DNA of 64,000 nt, taken from the NCBI RefSeq assembly GCF_000150275.1, contig NW_002060970.1:456197-520196 (forward strand), in the 5' to 3' direction. The notes under the pieces are model-generated. The model made no database searches. It was not told the origin of the DNA and was given only the letters and a program-made list of their open reading frames with translations. The translations under genes and the position numbers were made by a program. The DNA is from Trichoplax adhaerens (taxonomy: Eukaryota; Animalia; Placozoa). Shown piece by piece: positions 1-13,719 of this stretch (position 1 is the first letter of the stretch; each line of letters begins with the position of its first letter).

Positions 1-615
1 TAGGTAGCACTATATTTTAAGCTGCAATCATGATCACAAACTAGCAGCTAATTTTAATTAGATGTTACAGTAGAAATGATATCACTTTCTGGTATGAAAT
101 AATAGAAACCCGAACGTTCTAATCAGGGTTCTACTTTACGATTGATGATCTCTTATGATGTTTTATTATAGCTGTATTATATATGGTGTAGAAAATACCT
201 TTTGTAGTTAAATTATGATTAATTAATATTAATTTAGTCATCCTACGATTTAAGGTATAATTTTTCTTATCATACATATTTATTTGCTCGTCTATTTTAG
301 ATTACTTTAGAATGGTATGATAGCAGTCTGTTACCTTCTACTGCTCTGCTCAGTAAATAAAAGATCGCATAGTTCAGCAGTTTAGGAGTTCAAGATGGAG
401 AAGGTGAAATTTAGGAATTTCCTAATTCGAGAGTAAATCGTATTTTACGTAGAAGTTCGATAGGTTAAAGCAGTAATTCTGTTCTTTTATAATTCTTCAA
501 GTACAATTGATAAGATTTTTGGACATTTATTATAATAAACAGGTACTTTTCCCTAAATTTCTAGCGTTGAAATTCAAAGTTGGAAGTATTAGTTAAATTT
601 TTCGTTCATTATGAC
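1..615 (+). mobile_element. LTR-like family G, diverged copy cut by window start
   Basis: ggtataattt..cttatcat, attactttagaatg, aagat.gc.tagttcag and gttggaagt are shared with 59550-60060. Confidence 0.55.
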
Positions 616-2449
616 CATAGCTTTGATTAGGAATGTCTTATTAAGATGGATAGCTAGCAGTATTCTTGGTTAAAGAAGTGTGGTAGTTCATGTAAGAAAG
701 TGAACTTTACATATTATCCAAGTCTTATCATTGCTAGTTTTAAGACCTTTCATTATAAAGTACTTATTGCACTAAAATAAGTATTTTTAATGATACCTAT
801 TGATAGTTCAATTTTTGCCTTAGAGTGCTGTACTAACTGATAACTTCTTCCGCGTTACCAATTAAAGAGAAGTATCATAATTTACTCTACCTTATTTGGA
901 GTGAGTGACTACTCCAAAAAATTGACCCATGACGTTAAGGGCAAATTTCTCTAGTATTGTACCTGCGCTCTAGTCAGACTGTCGATCAAAATAAAATATG
1001 GAATACTGCGAATAATAACTCCATCTATTCGGGGTTGTCCTACTAGAAAATTTACTGTATGAATGCTTTTTATTAGGCATACAAGCCTATTCTAAATTAC
1101 TCAACTCGTTACTCTATACTACTATTACACTTTCAAAACTCATTAATGCCTTAATTACTATAATGGTAACTATTGCCACATGGTAACCTCTTCGATATCT
1201 GTTGATGTTGAACTATAAGATTTATTTTCAAAGGATACGAAATTCTAGAGCTCAAGTAGAGTTGAAATTTATTCTGTCTAGATGAATCATAATTTAACAG
1301 AATGTACCGTTTTGGCATTACTGAAGATACATTGCAACCTATCATTCTTTGGCCAGTTTTAGTCTATGCCTTTTATTTAACTTTAAGGTTGTAAAGCATT
1401 GCATAAACTGTAGTCTAATCTCTATTACATTGATTTAGTCATCAAGAAGACATTTCTTATTGCTAATTTTTGACCAATCGTCGTTTGCCACTTCATTACT
1501 TGCATATTTGCATTAAAATAAGTTACAAATTCTATTTATTTATATTGCGATATTACACGATTATAAGCCCTAGTTAATAGAAGACAAATAGAATGAATGT
1601 AATAGCTGTTTTGATCAATCCATCGAATTTATACATCGTTTCTAGATTAATAGTAAATAGGTTAATTAAAAGAACAGTATTGTATATAGTATACGCTTTG
1701 TACGTAGAGTTACACGCTGTGCACAGTAAGGATCTACTAGTTTGTAATAATATACTCGTGTAATAAGATAAAGATTTATTATGTGACCTTGCAGATGACT
1801 GTGCAATAAAACGCTGGTTAATTATTCTATTCGAGCGATAAATTGTCTAATTTTTTAAATTCCTAAATTCTAAAGCATTTAATATTCTTGAGAGCTAGTT
1901 TAAGGAGGGAATGCATATACGCATTGTTCAATAACTTTGATTGTGATAATTCTAGCGAAACCAGAAAAAACAAAACATACTTTATCTTGGCATCAATCTG
2001 ATGCATACTACTGAAAATGACTATTTCTGGACAAATAATCTCAATTATAACTACATTTAGTTTATTAGAATAGCAACTTCGACCCAACAACTGAATACCA
2101 CACTAGGATCATGTTATTATTGATTGGCCATATTTTTAATATGACTCGCTCTCATTGGAATGATTTTCGTTAAACAAGACTTCGTTAGAGCACTAAAAGT
2201 TCCTTATTAAAGGAGTTAGAAAGCAGTATTGATACAGTAGTAAGTATGCAATCATCATAATAATTTTTCTAAAGGCATCATCTGATGCTGAAGAAGTATT
2301 TTTGAGGACTGATACCATCTTGGTATATCTCATTTACTTATGCTGGCCATAGCAAATAACAACACAGATACTTAATGACTTTATGACAGTTTATTAGCCA
2401 ACTATCGTACGCATTTACTTCTTTCTATGAGCAGATATTTCGTAGAACA

Positions 2450-3130
2450 ATACTGATCATAGATGAGAGGCTACTGGATAGCAAGAAGCAGTTAAAAAGG
2501 GCTACAATTCTTTAGAATTCAAGGATAGAGACATTCTTACTTACAATTGATCAATTGGACACACCTATTTCTTATCATGTACAGTATATCAATTTCATTG
2601 TAAATTAATAATTAATTGATCCTCCTCAAACAGCTAGATCAAACTTATAAATTGCACTACAGTAAATCATCTAGACGATATTTTTCGCTTAAAAGAGCCA
2701 TCTCTTTTCGCGGTATTTGTTGTAGCGACGTTGCAAAAATTCTTCTATTCGAATTAGTCCACTTAATACATCATATTACCTTTTGCTCTCTTAGTTGCCT
2801 TTTTTCTTGTAATGTTCACGGATATGCTAGTAAATACCGTACATTATAAAGTTTATGGATCTATCATAACTATTAGAAAAATTTCCGTTTTTGCCTTAAT
2901 TAGCAGCTATTGTAATCTGTTATCCTATTTATAACTACCACATTATTCCACCTAGCTATTCATTTCCAATTCTATTAGAAATAATAAAGTACTGGAATCA
3001 TATCTATTGCGACTTTTGCAATAATTCTTACTATTTATCGTGACCTGCATAATTGTTATTTTTACCCAGTAAAAGTAAAGGTGTTGACATTTTAATTTTT
3101 AATATCATTGGAAGTAATAGACTACTAGGT
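2450..3130 (+). pseudogene. Remnant paralog of 6777 gene: upstream flank joined to the last ~25 codons and 3' flank, ~1.1 kb of CDS deleted
   Basis: About 2450-2710 resembles 6380-6680, and 2715-3130 resembles 7785-8160 (e.g. gggctacaatt...aaggatagagaca; cgacgttgcaa...aattagtcca; attttaatttttaatatcatt). Confidence 0.85.
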
Positions 3131-3374
3131 TTATATATCTATAATCAAGATTTAAATATTACTTTTTATTTAGTACAATTATCTTAAGTTAGTAATTAAT
3201 TATTGAACATAATGAGTACATAAAAGAGACATTATTTGAGGCTATGCAAGCTAAGCACGGGTAAAGGAGTCAGAGAAGAGCTATTGATTAAATCTGACCT
3301 TGTTACTCCTTGGTAGCATATCGCTATTGATTTAGCTATTGTTCAATTACTCGTTGACAACTCCTATTTCCTAA

Positions 3375-3938
3375 TGTGATAAAATCCGATCAAGAAAATT
3401 TCAAAGTTGTAGAAAATTAGAACTTTATTAGATCTAATACAAAGACTAGTTACATACAGCTCTACTTTAGCTGAATACAAGTACTAGAAGACTTATAAAG
3501 AATAATCAATTAATTTAATGTCTCCTTCTTTTATACTCTCCGTAGCCTTCGCAAATACAATCAGCATAGCAGCATTCTACCATATTTTACACATACTCAG
3601 TTTATTATTATTTACAATATTTTATAGCGAACCGTCATTAATCCAATACGGAAATGATTACAGTATTTTCGTTGGCATTATTTCTACCACTCAAAGTACG
3701 ATGAACTAAGTATATCCTAATAAATGATTTACAATTCTGTTTTTACCTCCAGCCTTAGTAGTGGCTCAAGATCTTAATGTACGGTATATATTCATCCGTA
3801 ATCTAGCATAGAGTCTATCCAGTCTATAATTTTGGGCTACCAAATATATCATAAAATAAATACAGAAAAGACACTACCGAAGATCATACTAAACGTGGCT
3901 AATAGTATACAATTATAATAATGCTAAGCTACTTTACA
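3375..3938 (-). mobile_element. Solo LTR family A (older subfamily)
   Basis: TGT...ACA ends; flanks cctaa/cctta (4 of 5 match); TATA-like and AATAAA motifs on the minus strand; homologous to other A copies. Confidence 0.85.
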
Positions 3939-4586
3939 CCTTACTAATAAATTAAATATATATTCAAAACGAAAGTCTACGTTATTATTATTGATTACCG
4001 GTAAATCCCAACAATAGTGATCCTTCCTAATGACATTATCTATTATTGAAGCAGTTTCTTTTATAAGAAGTCATTTGCTAGGGAGTTAATGTAGGTAGGT
4101 ATTCTGGCTCATTTTTACATAATTTATGCAGATATTGAATGCTTATAAATTTACGTAATAGTAATAATGGATGTAGAAGTTTAGGTGAATCTAACAGCTT
4201 TTGAATTCCAACTAAAGGAAAATTTGGGGAAAATACCAGCTTTTTCGTAATTTAACAAGCAATTTATATAAGTCAATAAAAAATGACAATAAAGGCTGAA
4301 TTACTACCTCAACCAATCAAACTACCATCGCAAAATACGATTTACTCACGAATATAGGAAGATCCTAATCTTTACATTCTATCTCAGCTAAGGCTTTAAC
4401 GACTTTTCTACTGAACTATGCCACCTTTTATATGCTACGCAGAGCAGCTGGCGGTATCAGACTATCAAATTACTATTCTAAAGTATTAAAAAAAACTAGC
4501 AATTGAACGTATATGATCAGATAAATTGTACCCTAGATTCTCAATATTACTGAATTTACAAATTTTACTTATCTACGCTATATAAT

Positions 4587-5167
4587 TGTTACGGTACTGC
4601 TTTGCCGGTTAATTGATTATAATTATTGATACTAGAGAATAATCTAGATAAAGTCATATTAGTTTTGCTAGGCTTGTACTGGTAAATTCTTTAGTAGTAG
4701 AATTATGATATAGAACTATTGCAAGTTAATTTACTAAAGACTGAAAGGTGTGCTAGGCTGTAATATTATAATCGAGGCGTATATCGAATCATGGGCGGTG
4801 AAAGAATGTTTCAACACCTTAACTTCTAGAATATTTGCCTACTCGCATCTATTTAGTAATTGGAAAAATCTGTTAGTGCAACTTATAAAAAATGTATTCA
4901 CGCAAGTTAAGACCGGCGTTTACCCTAGGAATCTATTTAAGCCTACATGGTTATGTAATAAAAGTAGTAATTTCTTAAAAAGCGCTCAGGTGTCGTAACG
5001 TGTAGAAAAGTGTAGTGGTTAATAAGTCGTATGTGGAGTACAGCAGAGAAAATGAGTCCTCATATATCACTCGCATAGAGACTAAAATTATTGGGAAATA
5101 GCCCGAGTTATAATACTTGCACGAGAGTTTCTTTACGAAACCTTTGCCACAAGCGAGGTTTGTGACA
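4587..5167 (+). mobile_element. Solo LTR (single copy in window)
   Basis: TGTTAC...GTGACA; flanks ataat/ataac; ttataaaa then aataaa. Confidence 0.75.
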
Positions 5168-5448
5168 ATAACATATAACTAAAAAAGACTAAGACGAACA
5201 AACAATCTTAATTTAGATTCCAGATCGAAATGTTTCGGATTACACCGTACTCAATGACGAAAGAATATTATTTCTACTGTACTTTGTAATTAAAATTGGC
5301 TACAAGCTTTTATCATAATTAAAATAGGGGTATTATACGAAATAAATATATCACATGAATTACAATTTAACATTGTGGTTTCCTATCAAAATTATACTAC
5401 AGAATATTCTTAAGTTCCAACCCAAATGAAGGTGTCGGTTTCACAATA

Positions 5449-5983
5449 TGTTACGATACTAAGTTATACTTACTGTAGTTAATCTAAATTAAGTTATTTT
5501 TACGGCTACAATACTTAATAAAATAAGATAAGCTTAAAGGAGAACTCTAAAAATTAACTTTCATTACATAATCATCTTTCTTTACGATTCTTCTCCTTCT
5601 CATTAACAATTACAAGTCAGTTCTTTGACTAGTTACAGAGTCTTATATAACTGAACAGAAAATTCCTAGTTCTAGCAATGTTTCACCCTTGATATATTAG
5701 GCAGCAATCCTGTGACGTTACCGATATACCGTATTTTACGATATATTTTTTCGCAAATCGAATATCAGCGCGATAAATCGCTAAAAGATACGTCTAAGTA
5801 TAGTTTACTATACAAAATAATATTATATAGCACACAGACTGTATGAGTATAATTAATACAGTACCGTGCTACAGGTTAAACACATAATAAATTCGCTGGG
5901 ATTGCGAATTTTATAGTAAATCTCGCTTTGCTTATAATTGCCATAACCAATTTCCAACACCGATGCCCAACCACTTCGTGACA
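5449..5983 (-). mobile_element. Candidate solo LTR
   Basis: TGTTACGA...TCGTGACA inverted ends, 535 bp; TSD not convincing. Confidence 0.4.
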
Positions 5984-6776
5984 TATATCACAAAACGAGT
6001 TCCCTGATCTATGATTAACTTATCGTTCTACTCTATTTGATCTCCAGCCAACTCCAGGCATCCTATGTAAGGGAATATAATTTTTCAAATACTACAGAAA
6101 CAAGCCAATTGATAGAAATTTAGATTAAAGGTTGTAATTATTCCAATTAGTGTACGCTATTACCGATATACTTTAAATTGGTATCAGTATATTTAAGATA
6201 AAAATGAATAATAAAAACTTATATTGTTGACCTCAATCACACTACTGCCCGGGTACTAGTCTCTTATAGAATAAAACAAGAAGACTTTACTGTCATAAAG
6301 TGATTTTAAAACTATGAGGAGCAAGCTCCGCAACAACATATTGTCTGTTAACTATAAATGCTAAAGTTTCTCAGCATAACATTGATCGTAGATAGGAGAT
6401 TATCGAATAGCGAGTCAGTATTTAAAATGGGCTACAATTATTTTAGAATATAAGGATAGAGACAACCTTCATATGAATAATTAATCTATTCGATAGGCAT
6501 GTTTATTATTATGCACAATATGTCAATTTAGTTATAAGTTAATAATGAACTAGCCCACCTCTTACAAATAAACTATCAGTACATCATTGCTAGCTTCCAT
6601 TACAACAAATATTTTCTATTTATGATATTTACAGTATTTCATCAAGATCATATTTCGCTTGAACGACCGTCTTCTTTCTTTTGCACTTTGATCCTGTTGA
6701 AGAATATAAATCAAATTCCATAGCTGGCATCCATCAACTACTTATATTGGCAATTACGAGATAAGATTACCTTATA

Positions 6777-7868
6777 ATGTCTACAATTTCTCCGTATGAT
6801 GCCAGTAAATTATTAACTGTTACTAATTATAATCAGTCACAAAACACATCCATGCAGAATCAGTATTCCCAACCAGAAATATTCGGACTATTACCTTCCT
6901 TAGTCGTTATCAGTTTTTGGACTATAATTGGAGTTACTGCTAATATATTCGTATGTTGGGCAATCTTGCGGAAAAAAGAACTGCGCACACCGACATTTTA
7001 CTTAATGATAAATATGGCTATATCTGATTGCTTGATCTTATGCATATCGACAATAATACTTGCGATTAACTATTACCTATCTACTCGATTATTTTATACG
7101 CAACTAATGGTTATTGTTTGTAAGATAATTTTTTTTATTGATGCTATCGGATATATTTCATCCATATTCACATTAGTCGTCCTTAGCATCGAACGTTATT
7201 ACTCAATATCATCTAGTAATTTATCTAGTATTTCATTTTTCAACACTAACTTTAAACTAGGATCAGTAATTGCATTTAGCTGGATTGTAGGAGTATTAAT
7301 TGCATGGCCGCACGGCATTATAATCAATATATTACCTCATCGCCCATTGATGTGTAACTTTGCATTTATAAGACCGTCATTTAATATACCTTATTACATT
7401 TGTATGTCAATTTTGATATTTGCTATACCCTCGACGATCATAATTGTTATGTACTCTAAAATTATACGATTTCTATATCGAAATATTCAACATAACAACA
7501 AGCACCGTCAGAACAATGAAGCCTTTCAAAGTAGTCGTCGACGCCAGCTTAACACTATTAAAATGCTGAGTATTGTAACGTTCGCATTTATGGTATCATG
7601 CTTACCGGTATTTATCACTTACTTAGCATTATCCTTTCGTCATCAAAATTCTCTGGAAATTTTTATTCAAACTGACGGATTTCAAGCCACTTTAGCTCTG
7701 CTTTCTTTTATTTCACACACAGTACCCTGCGTTCTTAATCCATTCATTTATCTCTATTATAACCAAACTATCCGGGCTGCATTGCCTATTCGATGTTATC
7801 GACGTTACAACAATTTTACTATTCAAATTAGTCCAGCTAATACATCAAATCAATTTTTGCCACCTTAG
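6777..7868 (+). CDS. Intronless class A GPCR (7TM), 363 aa
   Basis: Seven hydrophobic segments; TM1 Asn (TAN), LRTPTFYLMINMAISD, TM3 Cys and SIERYY, TM4 Trp, TM6 SCLP, NPFIY; N-terminal N-glycosylation sequons. Confidence 0.95.
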   Translation: MSTISPYDASKLLTVTNYNQSQNTSMQNQYSQPEIFGLLPSLVVISFWTIIGVTANIFVCWAILRKKELRTPTFYLMINMAISDCLILCISTIILAINYYLSTRLFYTQLMVIVCKIIFFIDAIGYISSIFTLVVLSIERYYSISSSNLSSISFFNTNFKLGSVIAFSWIVGVLIAWPHGIIINILPHRPLMCNFAFIRPSFNIPYYICMSILIFAIPSTIIIVMYSKIIRFLYRNIQHNNKHRQNNEAFQSSRRRQLNTIKMLSIVTFAFMVSCLPVFITYLALSFRHQNSLEIFIQTDGFQATLALLSFISHTVPCVLNPFIYLYYNQTIRAALPIRCYRRYNNFTIQISPANTSNQFLPP

Positions 7869-10111
7869 CTATCATATTTCTCGTAATATTCACAGATATG
7901 CTCGTAAATACCATACAGTATAAGGTTTATAGAACTATCATTAACATTAGGAAAATTTTCGTTTTGGGCTTAGTTGGTAACTATTGTAGGCTGTAATCTT
8001 TCCCATAACTACTACATTATTCCGAAGTGTTATTCGTTTCTAATTTTATTAGAAATAATAGAGTACTAGCACCGTATTTATCATGATCTGCATAATTACT
8101 TTTACTCAGCAAAAGCGTCGATATTTTAATTTTTAATATCATTAGAAGTAGTAGACTACAAGAGTTGTATTTATCGTAATCTGCGTAACTATTTATCTGA
8201 AATTACAGGTACTTTAGATTTTTAATAGTATTCCTAAAAGCTTTAAAATTTCGGCGTTGCCATGAAATAAAGATATTATACGAATACCCTTTTTTCATAA
8301 ATTTTATTACAAGAATCAGCATTTTGTGATATTAGAATTTGAAATTTGGCTATTTATATAAGCGAGACCTGCCAATTAATTTATCTGCTATTGGAATAAA
8401 TCATGGACATTGATATCCATACTGGACGACAGTTGATACGCTATCTTAATAGTTTATTTCAATCTTTCATGATCAGGAAGAGATGTAAACCCTGTAGATA
8501 TTTATGAAATGTCTATAGGTCCGACAACAATTGAAGTAAGAATCATCTTAATTGTATAGTGTATCCATTATAAAATGTTTCTCAAGATTTTTAATAAGTA
8601 ATACAAGAGAATACGATGGCTCATTTTTATCGCATAAAGTTTGCAGTATCTTCTAACAGGTTAAGTGGTTAGGACTAATTAAATGATGAATTGTCCTAGT
8701 CACTTGTCCTGATCACTTCCAATTTCTGTTCCAAATACAGAAATTTTCAAAATGCTTATTAACTATGTTAGTGGCAACTTTAATAAAATTATCAAATCAT
8801 TTTATGAATGGTATTGTAGTCAATAATTTATCGATTAGAACTGAACGTAGAACAGACAATTAACTACGTTATTGTAGTGCATTTAATACAATAAGGTATT
8901 CTAAGCAACAAAATATTACTATCAGTATTACTGTATTTGGTTTACCATACTAAATTGCTATATAAAAAGGCATCTGTAGTAAATAGTTCTCAAGTCAACA
9001 CTTATTCCATCAAAATATACAGTTCTATACGTATGTTATGGCGGTATAACCTAAAGCAAAACTACTGTAATTAGCTGAGATCATTACAGTATCGCATAGA
9101 AGTTGTTGCATATATTGAATTAGTCTCGTCTAACCCACTTAGTCATGTGATAAGCTTAAAAAATTTTAATTAACGAATTTTGGACAGTATTGCCAACTAT
9201 ATTAATAACTTATTATCTTTCAGAATATAAAATTACCTTTTAGAACATTAACCAAGGTGATATTAAAAGGAATGATGGAAATAAAATATAGCCAAAAAGT
9301 GCTTCAATTGTTAAATAATTAAAGAAAGTTGTAAATACCAATGTTAATGATATAATTAATTATTAAGTGCGTTTACAGAAAAATTCACAACTTTTCTTGT
9401 TTTTGTTAAGTCAGGAATGATCCGAATACATTACCGGTATTTCTTTAGACTTTAAAGACGAAAACTTGATAAACTGGATATCTGCATTTTAGTTTCAGAA
9501 AACAATCATACCCTAATTAACAATGATGAAAGCTGATGTGTAATATATCCGGGCGTGATCCAGTTCCAACATAAAAACAGCATCTAATTTTGAAAAGTTT
9601 AAGGCCAATTAGTGACAATACTACTCATATTTTTCACAAAATTAGTTTGAAACATTTTGATACCGCGATCTTACTTAGTAAGATTAAATACAGGCAGCTA
9701 GAGGATATAGTATCTAGTAGTCTACGAATTAGGTCAAATATCGATCTGTTACCAATATAAGAGATACTACGAGATATTTTGTGCAGTTCAAAGTCATAGG
9801 CCATTCGCTATGATTAGCAAAAGTATTACCGTTAATTAACAGGCGTAATTATTGTTTTAGACTACAAAGGCATGATATTTTTCTCAATAATAATAATTAT
9901 ACTATTGTATTTTATGCTTTAGTAATATTAGAAAACCTCTCCTACATACTATGTTGTACTTAGAGATAGTAGCTTATGATGCTACTGTAGAACTACAGCA
10001 AGATTTCTATCGATTGAGTAAATATTACATTAGAATTGTAGGGATCATTATAAAAAGAATTTTTAATAGTATAAATGATGAACTATACACAGTTTTGATC
10101 ACAAATCTTCC

Positions 10112-11152
10112 ATGATGATCGTTCAATCGAATCAGACACCTAACATATCGGCGCTACGTGAATTTGCTTGGGAGAAACAGCAATCTATGAAGATTGTATT
10201 ACCAACGATGATCACACTAAGTATTTTAGGGATCGCTGCTAACTGTATTATTTGCTATGCTATTATCAAGAAGAAGGAACTACGCGCTGTTACTTATTAC
10301 TTAATGATCAATATGGCTATTTCCGATTGCTTAATTTTAGCTGTGCTCTCTTGCATCGAGGGAATTAATTACTATCTAACAGATCTTGTTGCATCAACAC
10401 CCTTACTTGTTGCCTTTTGCAAAATTTTAGGTTACTTCAATAGCATAAGCTATCATGCATCAACATGTACATTAGCAGCCATCAGTATTGAGCGCTATTA
10501 CATTTTATCTTCGGCAGCGATTCACCATCCTTCTTTTTTCAATACAGCATCAAAGTTACGACTGATGATAGGATATAGCTGGCTTGCTGGATTTATTATA
10601 GCAATGCCTAGTATCATAGTCTATGGTATCGATATTAACTATCCGTATTCTTGCAGTATAGGATTTATTAGTCCATCATTCAACATACCTTATTTCATCA
10701 CGGTGTTTATAGTCCTTCTTGTGGTTCCTTCTATTATTATCATTATTATGTACGGTAAAATAATTCGATATTTATATAAAAATGTATCGAATAATGACAG
10801 AAGACATACTCTTAGTCAAGGATTCAAAAATAATCGTCAACATCAGCGTAACACAATTAAGATGTTAGTTTTAGTAGCTGCGTCCTTCACAATTTCTTGT
10901 TATCCAATCTTCCTTGCTTATATTAGTGTATCGATTCAACGGCAAAGCACGGCAAAATATTTGTATGAAAACAGGCTTAGAGCATCGATCATATCAAAAT
11001 TTATGATAATTACATACACTTTGCCTTGCATACTTCATCCATTGATCTATTTGCATTATAATCGATCTATAAGAGGTGCATTAATTGATTACTGTAGATA
11101 CGGTCATACTCCAAGTAGTAGTATCGCTCCAGCTAATTCATCGAAAGAGTAA
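10112..11152 (+). CDS. Intronless class A GPCR, 346 aa
   Basis: NMAISD, SIERYY, SCYP, HPLIY (variant of NPxxY); paralog of 6777 gene. Confidence 0.95.
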   Translation: MMIVQSNQTPNISALREFAWEKQQSMKIVLPTMITLSILGIAANCIICYAIIKKKELRAVTYYLMINMAISDCLILAVLSCIEGINYYLTDLVASTPLLVAFCKILGYFNSISYHASTCTLAAISIERYYILSSAAIHHPSFFNTASKLRLMIGYSWLAGFIIAMPSIIVYGIDINYPYSCSIGFISPSFNIPYFITVFIVLLVVPSIIIIIMYGKIIRYLYKNVSNNDRRHTLSQGFKNNRQHQRNTIKMLVLVAASFTISCYPIFLAYISVSIQRQSTAKYLYENRLRASIISKFMIITYTLPCILHPLIYLHYNRSIRGALIDYCRYGHTPSSSIAPANSSKE

Positions 11153-12672
11153 ATATGAATATTAGTTCTCAAATAAAATAATCATCTTGTTTACTAAGAA
11201 TAATCTAAATAATTTTTATAATTCAAAGAGAAGTGAAATTAAGCTAGAACTACTTTACCATCAACACTAGTATCAATACCATTCTCTGACTATTTCCGAT
11301 CGCCAAACCACATATATAACTTTGTAATGCGTGATTTACTCATTGAGATGACTCTTTTCACAGTATCCTTTTATCATACATCTTTGTCTTAAATATAATT
11401 CTTGCAAACTGCCTTATTTGTTACAATAAGCTTATATTTAGCTAATGAATCTCTTGTGTACAATGACATATAGCTATGTAATCTTATATGTGTCGGTAAA
11501 TTTAAAAGTTTAAATTTTATTCTTGATTATAGTTTCGATGGATTTGTAATAATAGTCTTCTAGGCTATAAAATCTTTCGCAAACTGATCTAAAATAGCTT
11601 ACTCGGCGATATTATCATAAAAATTTGTTATCCACGATCACAATAGGACGTAATCCAGCCCTAGATTAATTAATTATGAATCATGATATCCTTTTGTGTT
11701 TATTATAGGTTATAGATATCGTGAATATTCTTTGAACAGAGAGTATTTGATAGTTGTTAGATAGAGTTTCGTTTAACGGTTAGAAATGATCAATTTTATT
11801 GACTGTGTTCAAGATATCTGATTCTGTTATTATCCACATAAATTCGCTAAAATGTTATCATATTAATTGTATTAATGCAATAGGATTATGATTTTTTCAT
11901 TGATTATTATCTATTTCATTCTGACCTGGGTTCAAATGCAATAAAATAATCAATCAAGGAAAAATAAATAAGAGATGAACATCAGAAATAATGATCTATT
12001 TGTCCTTCGCCAAGCTTCATATTAACTTATTGAATTTGTAATATCTTAAACAATCTTCTACGAAACAGAATTACCATTTTTATTTTGCTGATTACTGTAA
12101 AGCAAAAGTGCATTAGATACAGTTTTTCTAGATACGTAAATTTAAAATAATTTAAGCGAAGAACGTAGTATAAAATAATAATCCTACCAGTAATCGCAAT
12201 AGCCTGAAGATCTACTAGCTCCGTCTTGCTGTACTTTTAATCTCGATTTCGAATCAACGATGATAAATTGGCTATATGCGACAGGTTCGGACGTGATCCA
12301 GCTCTAGTATTGAAATATCTAAATTTGAAAGATTTGATACAGATTAGTGACAAGTCATTAATATTTCTCGTAGAAACAATTCAGAATATTTGGTGTCAAC
12401 ATCTTACCTAGTAAGATCGAATATAGATAGCTAGGTGATATATTATCTAGTAGTCCATGCATTAGATCTAATATATCGGATGCTTTAATAAAACAAAGAG
12501 CCTCTATTGTACTGAGTGGTATCTAAAGACATTCGATTATGATGCTACATTAGAAGTACAGTAGAATTCAAATCGATTCAATAAATATTGGATTAGCACT
12601 GTAATGATCATTACAATATTCGTTTAGTGGTATAATGGATATGCGATACAAAACTTTGATGACAAGTCTTAC

Positions 12673-13719
12673 TTGATGATAGTTCATACGAATCAAACAC
12701 CTAACATATCGGCGCTACGTGAATTTGCTTGGCATCAACATCAAGCCTTGAAGATTGTATTACCAACGATAGTTATAATAAGTCTTTTAGGAATTGCTGC
12801 TAATTGTATTATTTGTTATGTAATTATCAAAAAGAAAGAACTGTACACTGCCACGTATTACCTAATGATCAATATGGCAATTTCTGATTGTTTAGTTTTA
12901 GCTGTGTTTTCTCTTTTGACAGGATTTGACTACTGTTTAACAGATTATGTTGCATCAACACCTTTACTTGTTGTATTATGCAAAATTATACCTTTCTTCA
13001 ATTATATAAGTTATCATTCATCAACCTATACATTAGCAGCTATTACGCTATTTCGTTTGTGATAGTGAGTCGCTCTTCTTATTTCAATACACCATTAAAA
13101 TTTCGACTGCTGATAGGATGTAGCTGGCTTGCTGGATTTATTATAGCATTGCCTTTTCTCTTACTCAATAGTATCGATATTAACTATCCGTATGTTTGTA
13201 ATGCAGCATATATCAGCCCATCACTTAACATACCATAATTCATCACGATATTTGTAATCCTAATCCTGGTACCTTCTATCATTATCATTATTACGTATGG
13301 CAGAATAATTCGATATTTATATCAAAATGTATCGAAAAATGGCAGAAGACATCCTCTTTGTCAGGAATTCAAAAACAATCGTCAACGTCAGCGTAATACA
13401 ATTAAAATGTTAATTTTAATAACAGCATCTTTCATGATATCTTGTTATCCAATCTTCCTTGGTTACCTTAACGTATCGATTCAATCACAAAGCACGGCTA
13501 AGTATTTTTATGTAAACAGGGTAAATACATCCTTCGTACCCCAACTTACTATTGTGACATTCACCTTGCCTTGTTTGCTTAATCCATTGATCTATTTGTA
13601 TTATAATCGATCTATTCAAGGTGTATTAATTAATTAATGTAGATATAGTCATACTCTAGGTAATAGTGTCGTTCCAGCTAAATTTATCAAAGGTTGCAGC
13701 AAATACATCAAAAGAGTAG
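12673..13719 (+). pseudogene. GPCR pseudogene, close paralog of 10112 gene
   Basis: Colinear with 10112..11152. First ATG is TTG (second ATG at 12676 intact); 16-bp deletion at 13040/13041 removes the SIER codons and frameshifts; premature TAA at 13236 and 13635. Confidence 0.92.
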
